A stretch of DNA of 64,000 nt from Podarcis pityusensis (lineage: Eukaryota). This document shows positions 1 to 11,482 of the stretch, piece by piece. Where the stretch lies: assembly GCA_964106645.2 (NCBI GenBank), contig OZ067038.1. One strand, 5' to 3'. Every line of letters starts with the position of its first letter. Within the stretch, counting starts at the first letter, position 1. Position numbers and translations under genes: made by a program. Under the pieces are notes generated by a model, which saw only the letters and a program-made list of their open reading frames with translations, made no database searches and had not been told where the DNA came from.

Positions 1-1596
1 ACTTCAACATCCATGCCAAAGCGGTTGGCTCTCAGGTTCCCAACATGTCATGAGAGGCTACCTGGGAAGCAGATGCTGCAAGAGACACGATAAATGTAAC
101 AAATGACCCCTGTTGGGAGAGGGAATGGCATTTAATGGCTGGAATCCTCAACCACGTTGTACTTCCAGAGAACTGTCATTTTCCAGGTGAGATTCGATCA
201 CATACTGGCAAATTCAGGTACAGCAATTAAAGTGGGTCTGGCGTCCTTGCACAACAAACCTGCTTAGAATTCTTTTTGCAGTAAGGAAAGCGATCCTGCA
301 ACCATCCTGGAAACAAGTTGGGAGAAATGCTCAATCAACTAGCCTCCTGAAAATGTCCACAAAGTATTATTACTATTATTAATTGCCCACCGTTCATCCT
401 CAGGTCTCAGGGTAGATTGCAACACTTGTGGCCTGACTCGTAGACTGTGCTGCAACATTTTATCATAGGTCCGACTTGTGGCCGCTGATTATCTGTTTGA
501 AAAATTATGTTTAAAAGCAGCAGGAAGGTTGGAGACATCTGGTTGGCCACTCTGAGAACAAGATGCTGGACTAAATGGACCTTTGGCCTGATCCAGCACA
601 TTCCTCTTAGGTTCTTATGAGGGAGTGAAATGTTGGTGCCAAATTATGGAGAAAAATTTGTGACCACACAGGCAATAGTACCTAACAGCTGAAATCCATA
701 AACTCCTCAGTTCAGGGCTCCCCTTGCTGAAGTCTAGACAGTTTCAAGGCTGCTATAAAAGTGAGCCTGCGCTGCTGATCGTAATAGCTGATGCCTGTAA
801 TTTTGACAACCTTGGCTTTGATCTTAGTCTTCAATAACAAATTAGTTTCACAAGTACAGAACAAAGCAAAACCCAAGGTCTTTTGCAGTTCTCATTCACT
901 TAGGGCACATGAAGATGAACTGCAGGGTATATATAACTTGCAACAGTGAGTTCAGAGACAGGGAGTGGTGAAAAGTAATCTGAACATATGACAATTCTTA
1001 GAACTTTATAGGGACTTATTATCATTCACCCTGAATGTGCCTGTCACAGTGTTTGCTTAGGAAGAAAAGGCTTGATTTAGAAAACCTGTTTGCCGAGTTC
1101 TCTCCCCCCTGCCCATAGAATTGTAGGTAGATCTCTACTGTAGAGATATGTACCGGTAGTCTGGCCCACATCCAATTTTTCTACATGGCGTATTTGACCT
1201 CCCAGTCATTTTTCCTTTGTATCCTCCACCACCTATGCCTGGGCTGTACCACTTCAGACTGCAAAGAAGGGGTCTGTTCAAAATATAAAACAAACATGCC
1301 GGGAAGACTATCCAAATCCGGTGGACGCTGTGAATGGTGTTGCAAGTTCTAGGACACAAGTTAGCACTGTCTTGTAAGGGTCACTGCTGATACTGTTGGT
1401 AGATAAGCTCTAGTAGGCTTCACACATTTCAATAAAATGTGTATTTCATCTGCTAAATAGGTACTCTACTGTTAAATCAGTTTTTGCCAACCTGATGTTC
1501 TTTAGATGTTTTGGACTGCAACTTCCATCAGTCCCAGTGTGATCCACTCAGTTAAGTCATGAAATGTGGATCTGCACCCAACAATATCTGTGGTTT

Positions 1597-2284
1597 TGTC
1601 ATAATGACACCAGAGGGTGCAACTGCACAGTATCACAAACTCTGCAAGCTTACCATCCTGCTGTCTTGGGAAACACCATCATGCTGATGTCAGCATCGCC
1701 CTAGAGCCAGTGCACCAACTGGACTCTTGCACCTCAACCCCGACTGGGCTAGGCGAGCTGGGTAGCACCGCCAGAGACCTCCTTCTCACAGGAAACGGTC
1801 ACAGTGCTGTGGACTCACAGCTCAGAGCTGAGAGCACCGGATTCACTGTCTCAATAATACAGTCGTTGTGCAGCAGAGTTTTGCAGAGTCTTGCAGAGTA
1901 TAAACCACTCGGAGAGCAGCTCTGTAGAATATCTTCCTTTTATTCTATAACTACAACTATGATACAAAGCTATATACAGAGCTGAATATTCTAAGCATAA
2001 ATCAATGCTACACTGAGAGTCTGCAGCTGCTCTAACAGCAATCTTATCTCTAGGATCTCCAACACTCTCACTCTCTCCGATACACTGACTGACTGACTCT
2101 CTCTCACACACACAGACTGATATGTTGCTGGGCAGAATAAGTAGATAGGCAGGACACGCCTCCTTCTCTCTGGAGAGTCAGCAGAGACCATCAGGAGATG
2201 ATCAGGAGATTCTTGTGTATGGGAGGGGTGAAATCTCCTCAGCTGAAGCATTTGGATTAGGGGTTTTTGCATTTTCTTCTAACA
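1597..2284 (-). mobile_element. Possible solo LTR
   Basis: Ends TAACA at 2284 next to a short purine tract on -; minus-strand AATAAA near 1939; left boundary uncertain. Confidence 0.3.
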
Positions 2285-3344
2285 CGTCTCCCCAACAAAT
2301 AAAGGAGGACTCCCCCCCCCCCTGATACATGGCAGTATTTTACTGTACTGTATTTTCAATACAAACTCTGAAAGCAATATCCATACAATCCCAGTATGGT
2401 ATGCTAGGATCTGGAATGCTTAGCTGCTTCCTTAAAAAGCTCTTTAAAGAGAAACAGACTGTCAAAGCAGAAGGCCAACGCCCTATGTAAGAAAAACAAA
2501 ACAAAATCATTAATGTAAATGTTACTCCTTTTGTTTGGAATTAATACTACCCATTATTAAAAATATTTATTATTTTTAACTTTATTTCGGAACATTTGAA
2601 GTTCTGTCTATGTGTATTGAGTGAAAAAGAAGTATGTAGTCTTTTTTAAAATGCATTTAAAAATTAAATAAAAGGCCTTCACCAATAATAATTATAAAAA
2701 CCGTCCCTGTACAAGAAGTTTTAGGAAGCTAAAAGATTCAAATATGCCACAAACATATTTTATTTACTTCATACAATTTATATACTGCTTGATTGTAAAA
2801 AAAACCAAACAAACTTCAAAGCGATTTACAAAAAGAGGAAAATAATAAAAAACAGTAAACACGCTTTAAAACAACTAGTTGAAACATTCAGATAATAATA
2901 ATTAAAATCAGTGATCATCATAGCAACACAAACCACTTGAAAATTGCTGAGGATCTTGGCAGACCCCTTCATGATTTTTTCACCTGTTGTAGCAATTGTA
3001 ATGTGCTGCACTAAATGCTGTATAATTTTTCACTGTATTTTTATTGCCTCTTCTTTTCTTGTAAATTTGTATGTTATCATGTTACAATTTGGATTCCATA
3101 GGGTTCAGATAGCAATACAATAAAATGCAATATAAGAAATAAAAAAGCAATTAAAGATACAATTAAAAATCAATATGAATGTTTAATGAAACAAACAATG
3201 CAGATGATAAACTGAAGCTGAGGAGGTGGGATTCACCAACAGTGACTTTCAGGGTCTTTCAGGCTAGTTTCTAAGCAGCAGTGCCTTCAGGATAGGACTT
3301 TGGGGGAGATATCCACGGCCTCATTTTGCTTTGACTGCCACGTG

Positions 3345-3751
3345 CAGTGGTACCTCGGGTTACATACACTTCAGGTTACATACGCTTCAGGTTACAGACT
3401 CTGCTAACCCAGAAATAGTACCTCGGGTTAAGAACTACGCTTCAGGTTACAGACTCCGCTAACCCAGAAATAGTACCTCGGGTTAAGAACTACGCTTCAG
3501 GTTACAGACTCCGCTAACCCAGAAATAGTACCTCGGGTTAAGAACTACGCTTCAGGTTACAGACTCCGCTAACCCAGAAATAGTACCTCGGGTTAAGAAC
3601 TTTGTTTCAGGATGAGAACAGAAATCGTGCTCTGGCGGTGCGGTGGCAGCAGAAGGCTCCATTAGCTAAAGTGGTGCTTCAGGTTAAGAACAGTTTCAGG
3701 TTAAGAACGGACCTCTGGAACGAATTAAGTACTTAACCCGAGGTACCACTG
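3345..3751. mobile_element. Tc1/mariner (Tigger-like) MITE with internal 4 x 55-bp tandem array
   Basis: TIR CAGTGGTACCTCGGGTTA; TA on the right flank; units start at 3381, 3436, 3491, 3546. Confidence 0.9.
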
Positions 3752-4373
3752 TAATCTAACCTCCCCACAAACAAATCAGAATAAATGCTCCTTAAACAGC
3801 CAGTGCCATCTAATCTCCCTGCAAACGAATTGGGATTAATATACAGGTCCTCTGGAAACGCTCCCACATGACCCAGTTGCTCCACTGTTGTAAACCTAGC
3901 ATTATATCTCCCAGAATTATGACAGTGATGCTGGCTTCTAATTTGACCCCAGAATGTCCCTATTTCCCCTGCTTTAGAGAAGGCGTCCCGGTTTCTGATT
4001 GAATCGGAATGTCCCACTTTTCCTTAGGATGTGCCTATTTTCATTAGAGAAATGTTGGAGCGTATGGAGTTATTTGACTCCTGAGTCTGAAGGCAATCCT
4101 GTATAGTGATATTTTTTTAAAATTTAATGTTTTATCATGTTTTTATATATGTTAGAAGCTGCCCAGAGTGGCTGGGGCAACCCATTGTGGGGTATAAATA
4201 GTAAAATTATCATTATGGAATGAGACGTTCCTATTTTCATTGGAGAAATGTTGGAGGGTATGGAAGGAGTCTTGATTTTTTAAAAAAATGCTTTCCACAT
4301 CCACATCTAATCTTGCACCTTTCTAAAATTTATTTATTGGGTGTGTGTTTTTCTTTTTGTAAATCTACCAAAA

Positions 4374-4446
4374 AATAGAATAGAATAGAATAGAATAGAA
4401 TAGAATAGAATAGAATAGAATAGAATAGAATAGAATAGAATAGAAT
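4374..4446. repeat. (AATAG)n microsatellite
   Basis: About 14 perfect units. Confidence 0.97.
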
Positions 4447-6174
4447 CCAGGAGCTCACCAAGACAGTGCTAAGTTCCTCTAACTGATATTTTGTCGCCGA
4501 AGTACGCTACAGGATCCTGCCCTTGCTGGAGACCCACAGAGATGAAATAGATTGCTCGCCTCTTCTTCCCTTTGGCAAATGACTGTACTGTTGAAATGGT
4601 GACGAGATCACACTGGCCTGTTTATTCTGAATGTTTGTATGTGATGCCAATAAAGGTTTGACGATGATGAATAGAATAGGGATTAAGGAGTTTTCTCAGG
4701 TGAAGGGTGTATGTGTTGTATCCCGTTGGTGGAAAAGCTCTGTGGGGGGGGGACATGGGGGTGTCAAGGAGCATCAGTTGAGGGGAGTGAGAAATGTCCG
4801 TATTTTCACCTGAGGAATGTTGGAGGGTATGTAGCCATCGCCAAACACCAGCCTTCTCTACGTATGGGCTGAGTACACCCTATAACTTTAATTATAGTTC
4901 TGTGAGATTTTCCCCTGGATTTGGGGGCAGGCGGGTGGGCTGGGACAGTGCTTCAACCTGCTTCAATGTATGGTGAGTGTGTGCAGCCATAGCAAAGGGA
5001 GAGGGAAGCTGTTTCCGGCTCCAGGGTGAGGGCCAGCTGTTGTTGACCTTGCTCCCCACCCACGCAGAGTAAGAGGCAGAAGGGGACTGGCGTTGCATGC
5101 TGAGGTTATTATAATGTGGCGCTTATGAGCGTTTTGTCTGCTGGCTATTTTGCTGCAGAGAGAGAGAGAGAACCTGCTCTCAGGAGAGATGGGAGAGGAG
5201 CATGGTGGCTGGATTAATTGGTGGTTTTTCTGTTTCTCTGCAACGGGGTTAACTGATGCTCCCAGCACACAACAAGTATGATGGATGGGTGCGTTGCAAT
5301 GTTGCTGTTTTGATTAATTTATGGCCACCCAGCTGTCTATAAATAAGTCATAGCATATACCGCAATTGAAAACGGCCATTTCGGTCAGAAAAGTGCAGCA
5401 ACTTTCAGGCAGGTGTTGGGCCCGTGCTGGCCAGGGGTGGGGGAAAGCTCCTCTCATCCTCCTGAGAAGAAGTGATTCAAAGAAGCAGTCCAAACCAGAC
5501 AATCACCTGAACGGGACAGAAACAATATGTGGAAGTCTGTGGCAAAGCAGCACAATCGGTGTGCTGCCATATCCTCATTCTGGCCTCCTTTTTTATGGTC
5601 AGGGCTGTGGCGGGGGGAGTCCCGCCAGCCCCCTTTCCCTTCCACAATATTTTCAGTCCTCAACTGCTTCTTTGCCTGCTGGGAGCACCTGTTTCCTGTA
5701 GCTGATGGAAATTATGTGTGCCCATTGAACAGCTGGGGCTGCGAGTGTGTCCAAAGGCTGCTGGGGGAGGGGTGCAAAAACGGACCGAGGGAAGATCCAA
5801 CCTGGTCACAGCATGCCACGCTCAGTGCTGGAGGGACTGCAGGGTGTGAGAAGGAAAACAGCCATTTTTTGTTGTTCCACACTGCTTTTGTTTTACCCAG
5901 CACACATTGGGGGTGAGGGTAGAGTTTAACTGGAGACAGGGTTTAAGCCTCTGGATGTCTTTCTGAGCCATGAAATATGCGAGAAGTAATCACAGAGGGC
6001 TCCTTCACAAGGCTGTTTTTTTGTGGTTGCACAGCAATTGCTGCCAAGCCTTTGATTCATCTCTTTCAGGGACTCTGTGTGGCGGCAGCAATATTTGAGC
6101 AATATTTGAGTTGTTTTTCCCCGGTCAGTGTAAGCAGTCGTGTGGTGAGTGTGCTGCACAGCAGTGTGGCCAGT

Positions 6175-6435
6175 CATAGAATTGTAGAGTTGGAAAGGAC
6201 CCTGAGGTTCATCTAGTCCAGGCACAGGCAAACTCAGCCCTCCAGATTTTTTGACCTACAACTCCCATGATCCCTGGCTAGCAGGACCAGTGGTCAGGGA
6301 TGATGGGAATTGTAGTCCCAAAACATCTGGAGGGCTGAGTTTGCCTATGCCTGATCTAGTCCAAACCCCTGCAACGGGGATCGAACCTGCAACCTTGGTG
6401 TTATCAGCGCCACGCTCTAACCAACTGAGCTATCC
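6175..6435 (-). mobile_element. tRNA-derived SINE with CR1-like tail, interrupted by a hAT MITE
   Basis: Head tagctcagttggttagagcgtggcgctGATaacaccaaggttgcaggttcgatcccc (A and B boxes); tail ccttccaactctacaattctatg; related copy at about 59435-59570. Confidence 0.8.
6219..6353. mobile_element. hAT-type hairpin MITE
   Basis: TIR CAGGCAcAGGCAAACTCAGCCCTCCAGAT; 8-bp TSD ATCTAGTC. Confidence 0.88.
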
Positions 6436-8438
6436 AGGCACTTTCTCCTTTATTCTGCCCACCTCAGAGGGGGTGAGGGCGTCTCAGAGAATCCCCACCA
6501 TACTGCAGTTCCCAGGGTTATTTCAAGGAAGCCATGGCAGCTAAACTGGATGAAAACCTGGTTGCGAAGAACAGCGTTGCCACATGAGCAGAGGCCCGTG
6601 TAGTATTTGTGCATAGGAAGAAAGAGCAATCTCAGAGAGAGTGGCACTGTGTAGGACCATGTAGGACCAGCCCAAGACATTTTGTTGCCTGTGATGCAGC
6701 AGAAAATGGGGACCTCCCCACAAGTCAAAATGCTTTGTACTCAAGGCAGACCAAATTGTTTTGGCACCTGAGCCACAAGCACTTCTTGTGAAGGTAACAA
6801 CAGCAGCAGCAGCAGCAACAACAACACAATTTGCTGCCCTTTTTGGACCCCCAAACCAGCTGCTTGAGGTGGCCACCTCATTCCATTGGGGCTGGGCCAA
6901 TGCAACTATGTACAGAGAGATAGGCAGATCAGCTGGGATCATATGCACATGCAAGGATCAAGACTGGCACAGCTGAGCAGCCCAAGAATTGAGCCCCTCA
7001 GAGGATCCATGTGGCTTTGGTGTCTACCTGGTGTCTTGCCCCAAAATGCTGGCAGAAGAACCTCCTGCTATAGCTTTCCACCCCCTAGAGTGAAGCTGGG
7101 GCCTCTCTCATGGCAGAGCCCCACCACCATCAATGGTCCTCCTCTCCACCAGAAGAAGCCAGTGGGGAGCATCCTAACCCTATACACCCACGGCAATTAA
7201 AAGGTGTTTTCAGAGCTCCAAGCTCAACTGTCTCTGTATGACTCCAACTCCAACTCCCTGGTTGGTCCCTCCCCTCCCCTGCACACTTTTCATAGATAAA
7301 TTTACGGGAAAGCCGGCAGTCATGTGGCTCTGCCTGTGCAATCCAGAAATAGTTTTACCACATGACTGAAGGAAGCAAAAACTTACCCCAAGAGATTACT
7401 GATGAAGACGACAGCAACCGATTTTGACTCATTTATTTGAAATCTTTCTATACTACCCCTCAGTTTTAAAAACTTCTCATGACTGCTTGACAACTCATCA
7501 AAAATAAAATTTAGTCCAGCAGCGCATCCAAGCACAGTGCTCAAGCATCAGTAAGGAGCAATAGCAGCTAAAAGAGTGAAATCAGCATTGTAAAAACAGA
7601 TTCCCTCTAAAGTGCTTTGAGTGTGAGCACCCTACATTGAAAGCACATTCCTTGCACATTTAAAGGACACAGCTTCCCCAAAAGAACCCTGTGAAGGGTA
7701 GTTTACCCCTCACACAATTATAATTCCCAGCATTCTTTGGGGGGGAATGTGCTTTTAAATGTATGGTTTGGATGTGTGATATACCAAGAACAAGAAGGAC
7801 TAAGGAGGAGCAAAGTATCTGTGAGCATCCCTCTGTGAGTGTCATGTTCAAGGGGTCCTGGCAAGCCATACTTTGGCTTTGCTTTATCGTTTTGTGCAAA
7901 CCGATGTTTCGTATGATTTTGCACCATGAATTGGGGGTCAGGGAAGGAAGAGAAATAATTCATTGAAATGTTTTAGAGTTACTTCTATTGACCCAACAAT
8001 GTACCAAATCAGTTCTCCCATGTAGGGCCAGCCTGTCCGTGAGACAAATGGAGGCAGCTGCCCCCGGTGGCAGAATCCAAGGGGCAGTGCCCTTCCAGGT
8101 CCAAGTGATATCTCGCAGGATTCTCATGAGATCACGTGGGAAACTGCCGCTCCTTCTCCTTGCTGCTCTAGCACTGTCGTAGGCACACCCACACCCTGCC
8201 TGGAAACTGAAGAGAACATTTGCGGCCAGCAAGATATTGTGGGGCTCTCATGAGATCTTGCCAAAAGCTGCCACTCCTCCCTTTCCCCAAGACTGGGGGA
8301 TGTCCCCCTACCTGCCACTGCCAGAGAAGGGAGGAGAAGTTGTGGCTTCTAGGTTTTGGTGAAATCTCACAGACCTCTCATGAGATCTTGTGGACCTCTT
8401 GTGAGATCTTGCTGAAACCAAGAAGACACGCTGTGGCA

Positions 8439-8871
8439 CAGGGCCATCTTTAGCAGATGCAGCACCGGGGTGCAAATATCTGCCCAGTGCCCCAAATTAC
8501 CACGGCTAGTGTTGGGGTGGCCATAGCTGCATACTGCCAGCCATCCGGGGGGGGCAACTCTCCCCCATGCGCTGTGGGAGAGCGATCCTTGCAGAGGCTT
8601 GGGAGTGAAGTTGCGCCCCTCCCAAGCCTCCATGGGAGGAGACCGCAGCTTCCCTCCCAAGGTTCCTCAGGAGGAGAGCAATCCCCACAGAGGCTTGGGG
8701 GAAAGCTGCCCGCCCGCTAGCCATATGGTTGGAGGGGCACAGCTGGCGAGCGTGCAGGGAAAGGGGAGGCCGCCGGCAAAGCCGCGCAGCTCCCCCACTT
8801 GCTGGGGCGCCCCTGAGAGGTTGGCGCCCTGGCGCAATGCACCATTAAGCCCTATGGGAAAGACGGCTCTG
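8439..8871. mobile_element. GC-rich hAT-type non-autonomous transposon
   Basis: TIRs CAGGGCCATCTTT / AAAGACGGCTCTG; 8-bp TSD CTGTGGCA. Confidence 0.85.
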
Positions 8872-9228
8872 CTGTGGCACTCCATAAGAGTAACACTGAG
8901 ACTGGTAGAGGAAGCTGACAGGCAGTTGTAAGAAGGCAGGCAGGTGGGGGCTGATGGAGGGCAGACTGAGGTTAGTGGGCAGTGCTCCATTTGCCCTCAT
9001 GTGCCAGTCTCCTGTGCCTACCTCACAAGCGAGATCAAACTTAGAGGGATGAAATGAACTAACTGTTTGACCTAGAGCTGCAGCAGCCCATATGGTGCCC
9101 ACCAGGGGTGGACTAGAAATCCTATCTGCCACAGCCAGCATGACAAAGGAGCATAGATCATGGGAATTGTAGTGTCGTCCACAACATCTGCAGAGCACCA
9201 GGCTGGCTACCTCAGATTTCAAGAATCA

Positions 9229-9480
9229 TTTCACTTCCACCTTGTTAGAAAAGGTCAGAACACAGTAACAGAAATGAGTAAGTCGCCAGCTGTGAGGACT
9301 AACCACATGCTTCAGTTTCTGCTTTTGAATCTTTCTCAGTCCCAATCTGTTCTGAAATGAGGAAGTTAGAAATAATAAGACAAAACGATACAGGAGCGAG
9401 TAAAACCCCTGTCCTTTATTTGTGGCACCAAATTGCTACAGGGAAACAATGATTTTAAATGAATGGTGCTGTTGCAATAT
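9229..9480. promoter_or_regulatory. Candidate myeloid enhancer about 2.2 kb upstream of MPEG1
   Basis: EICE GGAAGTGAAA (-, 9229-9238), RUNX AACCACA (9301-9307), IECS/PU.1 GAAATGAGGAAGT (9354-9366), C/EBP-like TTGCAAT (~9472). Confidence 0.5.
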
Positions 9481-9838
9481 TTCAAATCAAGGCTATCGCA
9501 TGATTAGATTATGACATAAAAACAACTTATGTCAAGTCTCACCTCCCCTTCAGACTGTTCTTTCCCTCTTTTGTTGTCTGCCCCCCCCCCACCTTGTACA
9601 TATTTCAGCTGCAAACTGAGAATGGAACACTTGCACTTTCATTTCTGCTGGCAACAGATTCAGTTCCACTTTTTTACTCACATGGCTGCAGGGAAGAGGT
9701 TACGTGCAGCAATCTGAACTGTAACCCCACCCCAGAAGCGAATCACATCAGCAAAGAACAAACAAGGAAACAAAAACCCAGTTGGGTAATTCCAAAGAGA
9801 CGAATGTAACATTGTAAGTTTCTTGCCATAATATACTG

Positions 9839-10091
9839 CATGGATAGGCAAACTAAAGCCCTGGGGCTGGATCCAGCCCAATTACCTTCTGAATCTGGCC
9901 CGCGGATGGTCCGGGAATCAGCGTGTTTTTACATGAGTAGAATGTGTCCTTTTATTTTAAATGCATCTCTGAGTTATTTGTGGGGCATAGGAATTCATTC
10001 ACTGTTATTATTTTCAAAATATATTCCGGCCCCCCACTAGGTCTGAGGGACATTGGACCGGCCCCCTGCTGAAAAAGTTTGCTGACCCCTG
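9839..10091. mobile_element. hAT-type MITE
   Basis: 8-bp TSD ATATACTG; terminus agtttgctgacccctg. Confidence 0.85.
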
Positions 10092-10743
10092 ATATACTGT
10101 ATTGTGTATTATCATGGTGCATAGTCAGGAAATCTGATCAGAAAGCAGCCATTCACAGTCAACGAACCCTTACCACAACCATTCTTCTGAACATTGTCCT
10201 GGCAATTCTTACTATAAGGCACCAGGCAGAAATAAGAAATGGCTGCTTCCTGTCACTACAAAGAAAGAAAGAAGTCATAGCTTCTTTCTCTCTTTTCCCG
10301 TGGCACAAAGCCCATTCTCTCACATAGAATTATGAGCCATTCTGTCTTTTTATTTAAATTCTTCCTTTATTTAAATTCTTCCTTGGCTGTGTGTTGGTTG
10401 CACTAAAAGCAGATGCCAAGGAATCAGCGCATCAGATCACCTTGGCCATTATCGGTGGTCAGCTTTGGTGTGGGAGGAAGTTCTGAACGTGGCTGGTGGA
10501 GAATGAGCATGTGATGTGACGTGGCACCAAGGAAGTTTCCCAGTTGCTGGGAACTGCAAGTGGGCAGAGTGCTGTTGCACTCAGGTCCTGCTTTAGGCTA
10601 TTGAGAGAACAGGATGGTGGACTTGGTGGCCCATCGGCCTGATCCAGCCAAGGCTCTTCTTATGCTATTAAAGGAACCACTTCCATTTGTCCAGAAAAGT
10701 TGCTAAGACAATTCTGGAGAGAAGAAGAAATGGTGGGTTCTAG

Positions 10744-11124
10744 CAGTGGTGGACCGACATTTTGGGGGCCCTGTAGTTTGAACTGTTATGGGAGTCCCTT
10801 TGCAACCAGCAACAAGGTCTGAGTAACCACTGTTATCTTCTTCAATGGGGTTGTTCAACCATCACATTAAAAAAACAACAACTACTGTACTACATCTCAG
10901 ATTTTGTTTAAAATTTCTGTACTGGATTGTCTCCCAGGTCAAAGTCACTGGTGTGAATAAAAAAAAAATCCTATTCTTTATAGTTTTCAGGTCACACAAC
11001 TCAGCTTTGGTCTGCTAGACGCAAACATTTTAAGCAATGTGGACTAAAGTTGGTTCTGGGGCCCCTCTGGGATTAGGGGCCCTGAAGTTTAAATTTCATT
11101 AGTTTCATAGTGGATCTGCCTCTG
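10744..11124. mobile_element. Older hAT-like element just upstream of the MPEG1 promoter
   Basis: CAGTGGTGGA.../...GGATCTGCCTCTG termini; imperfect TSD GGTTCTAG/GATTCCAG. Confidence 0.5.
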
Positions 11125-11323
11125 GATTCCAGCAAAGCTGCTATTGTTTGGGGACCAAGGTATTGAAACTGTTGCTGCCTGGTTCTAGGTGCCTATTTCT
11201 GAACCTGCATAATACCTACTCAGTAAAGCAATAAGGAAACAGATTTCTGCAAATATGCCCCAGTTATATTTCTTATTGTGCTGTAAGCCTATCAGAGGCT
11301 GCTCTAAAGTTTGTCCAGCCTGA

Positions 11324-11398
11324 GAAAGAGAAAGTATAAAGCAGAATAGTTTTGCTTCCTCTTTAAATGATCAACCTTAGCATAAAAAGAAGGAAGCC
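11324..11398 (+). promoter_or_regulatory. MPEG1 proximal promoter candidate (IRF-E, TATA, PU.1)
   Basis: GAAAGAGAAAGT (11324-11335), TATAAA (11335-11340), and AAAGAGGAAGC on the - strand (11354-11364), 90-160 bp upstream of the ATG. Confidence 0.6.
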
Positions 11399-11482
11399 TC
11401 TACTGGGGTTACCACAAGCAGTAGAGAGAGAAGCACATTGAGACCATTCAGATGCTAGCTTTTCCTCTACACTGGTCGAGCC

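Noticed and set aside
1-1100. Possible neighbouring gene exon or promoter (TATA-like motifs; DFNIH-like reading at 1-18)
   Set aside because: No sustained ORF or splice-consistent exon; too little evidence.
3381-3600. CRISPR-like regular array
   Set aside because: Units are contiguous with no unique spacers, lie inside a MITE, and the DNA is vertebrate.
6375-6435. tRNA-Ile gene
   Set aside because: No convincing acceptor stem or T-run terminator; fused to a CR1-like tail, so it is a SINE head.
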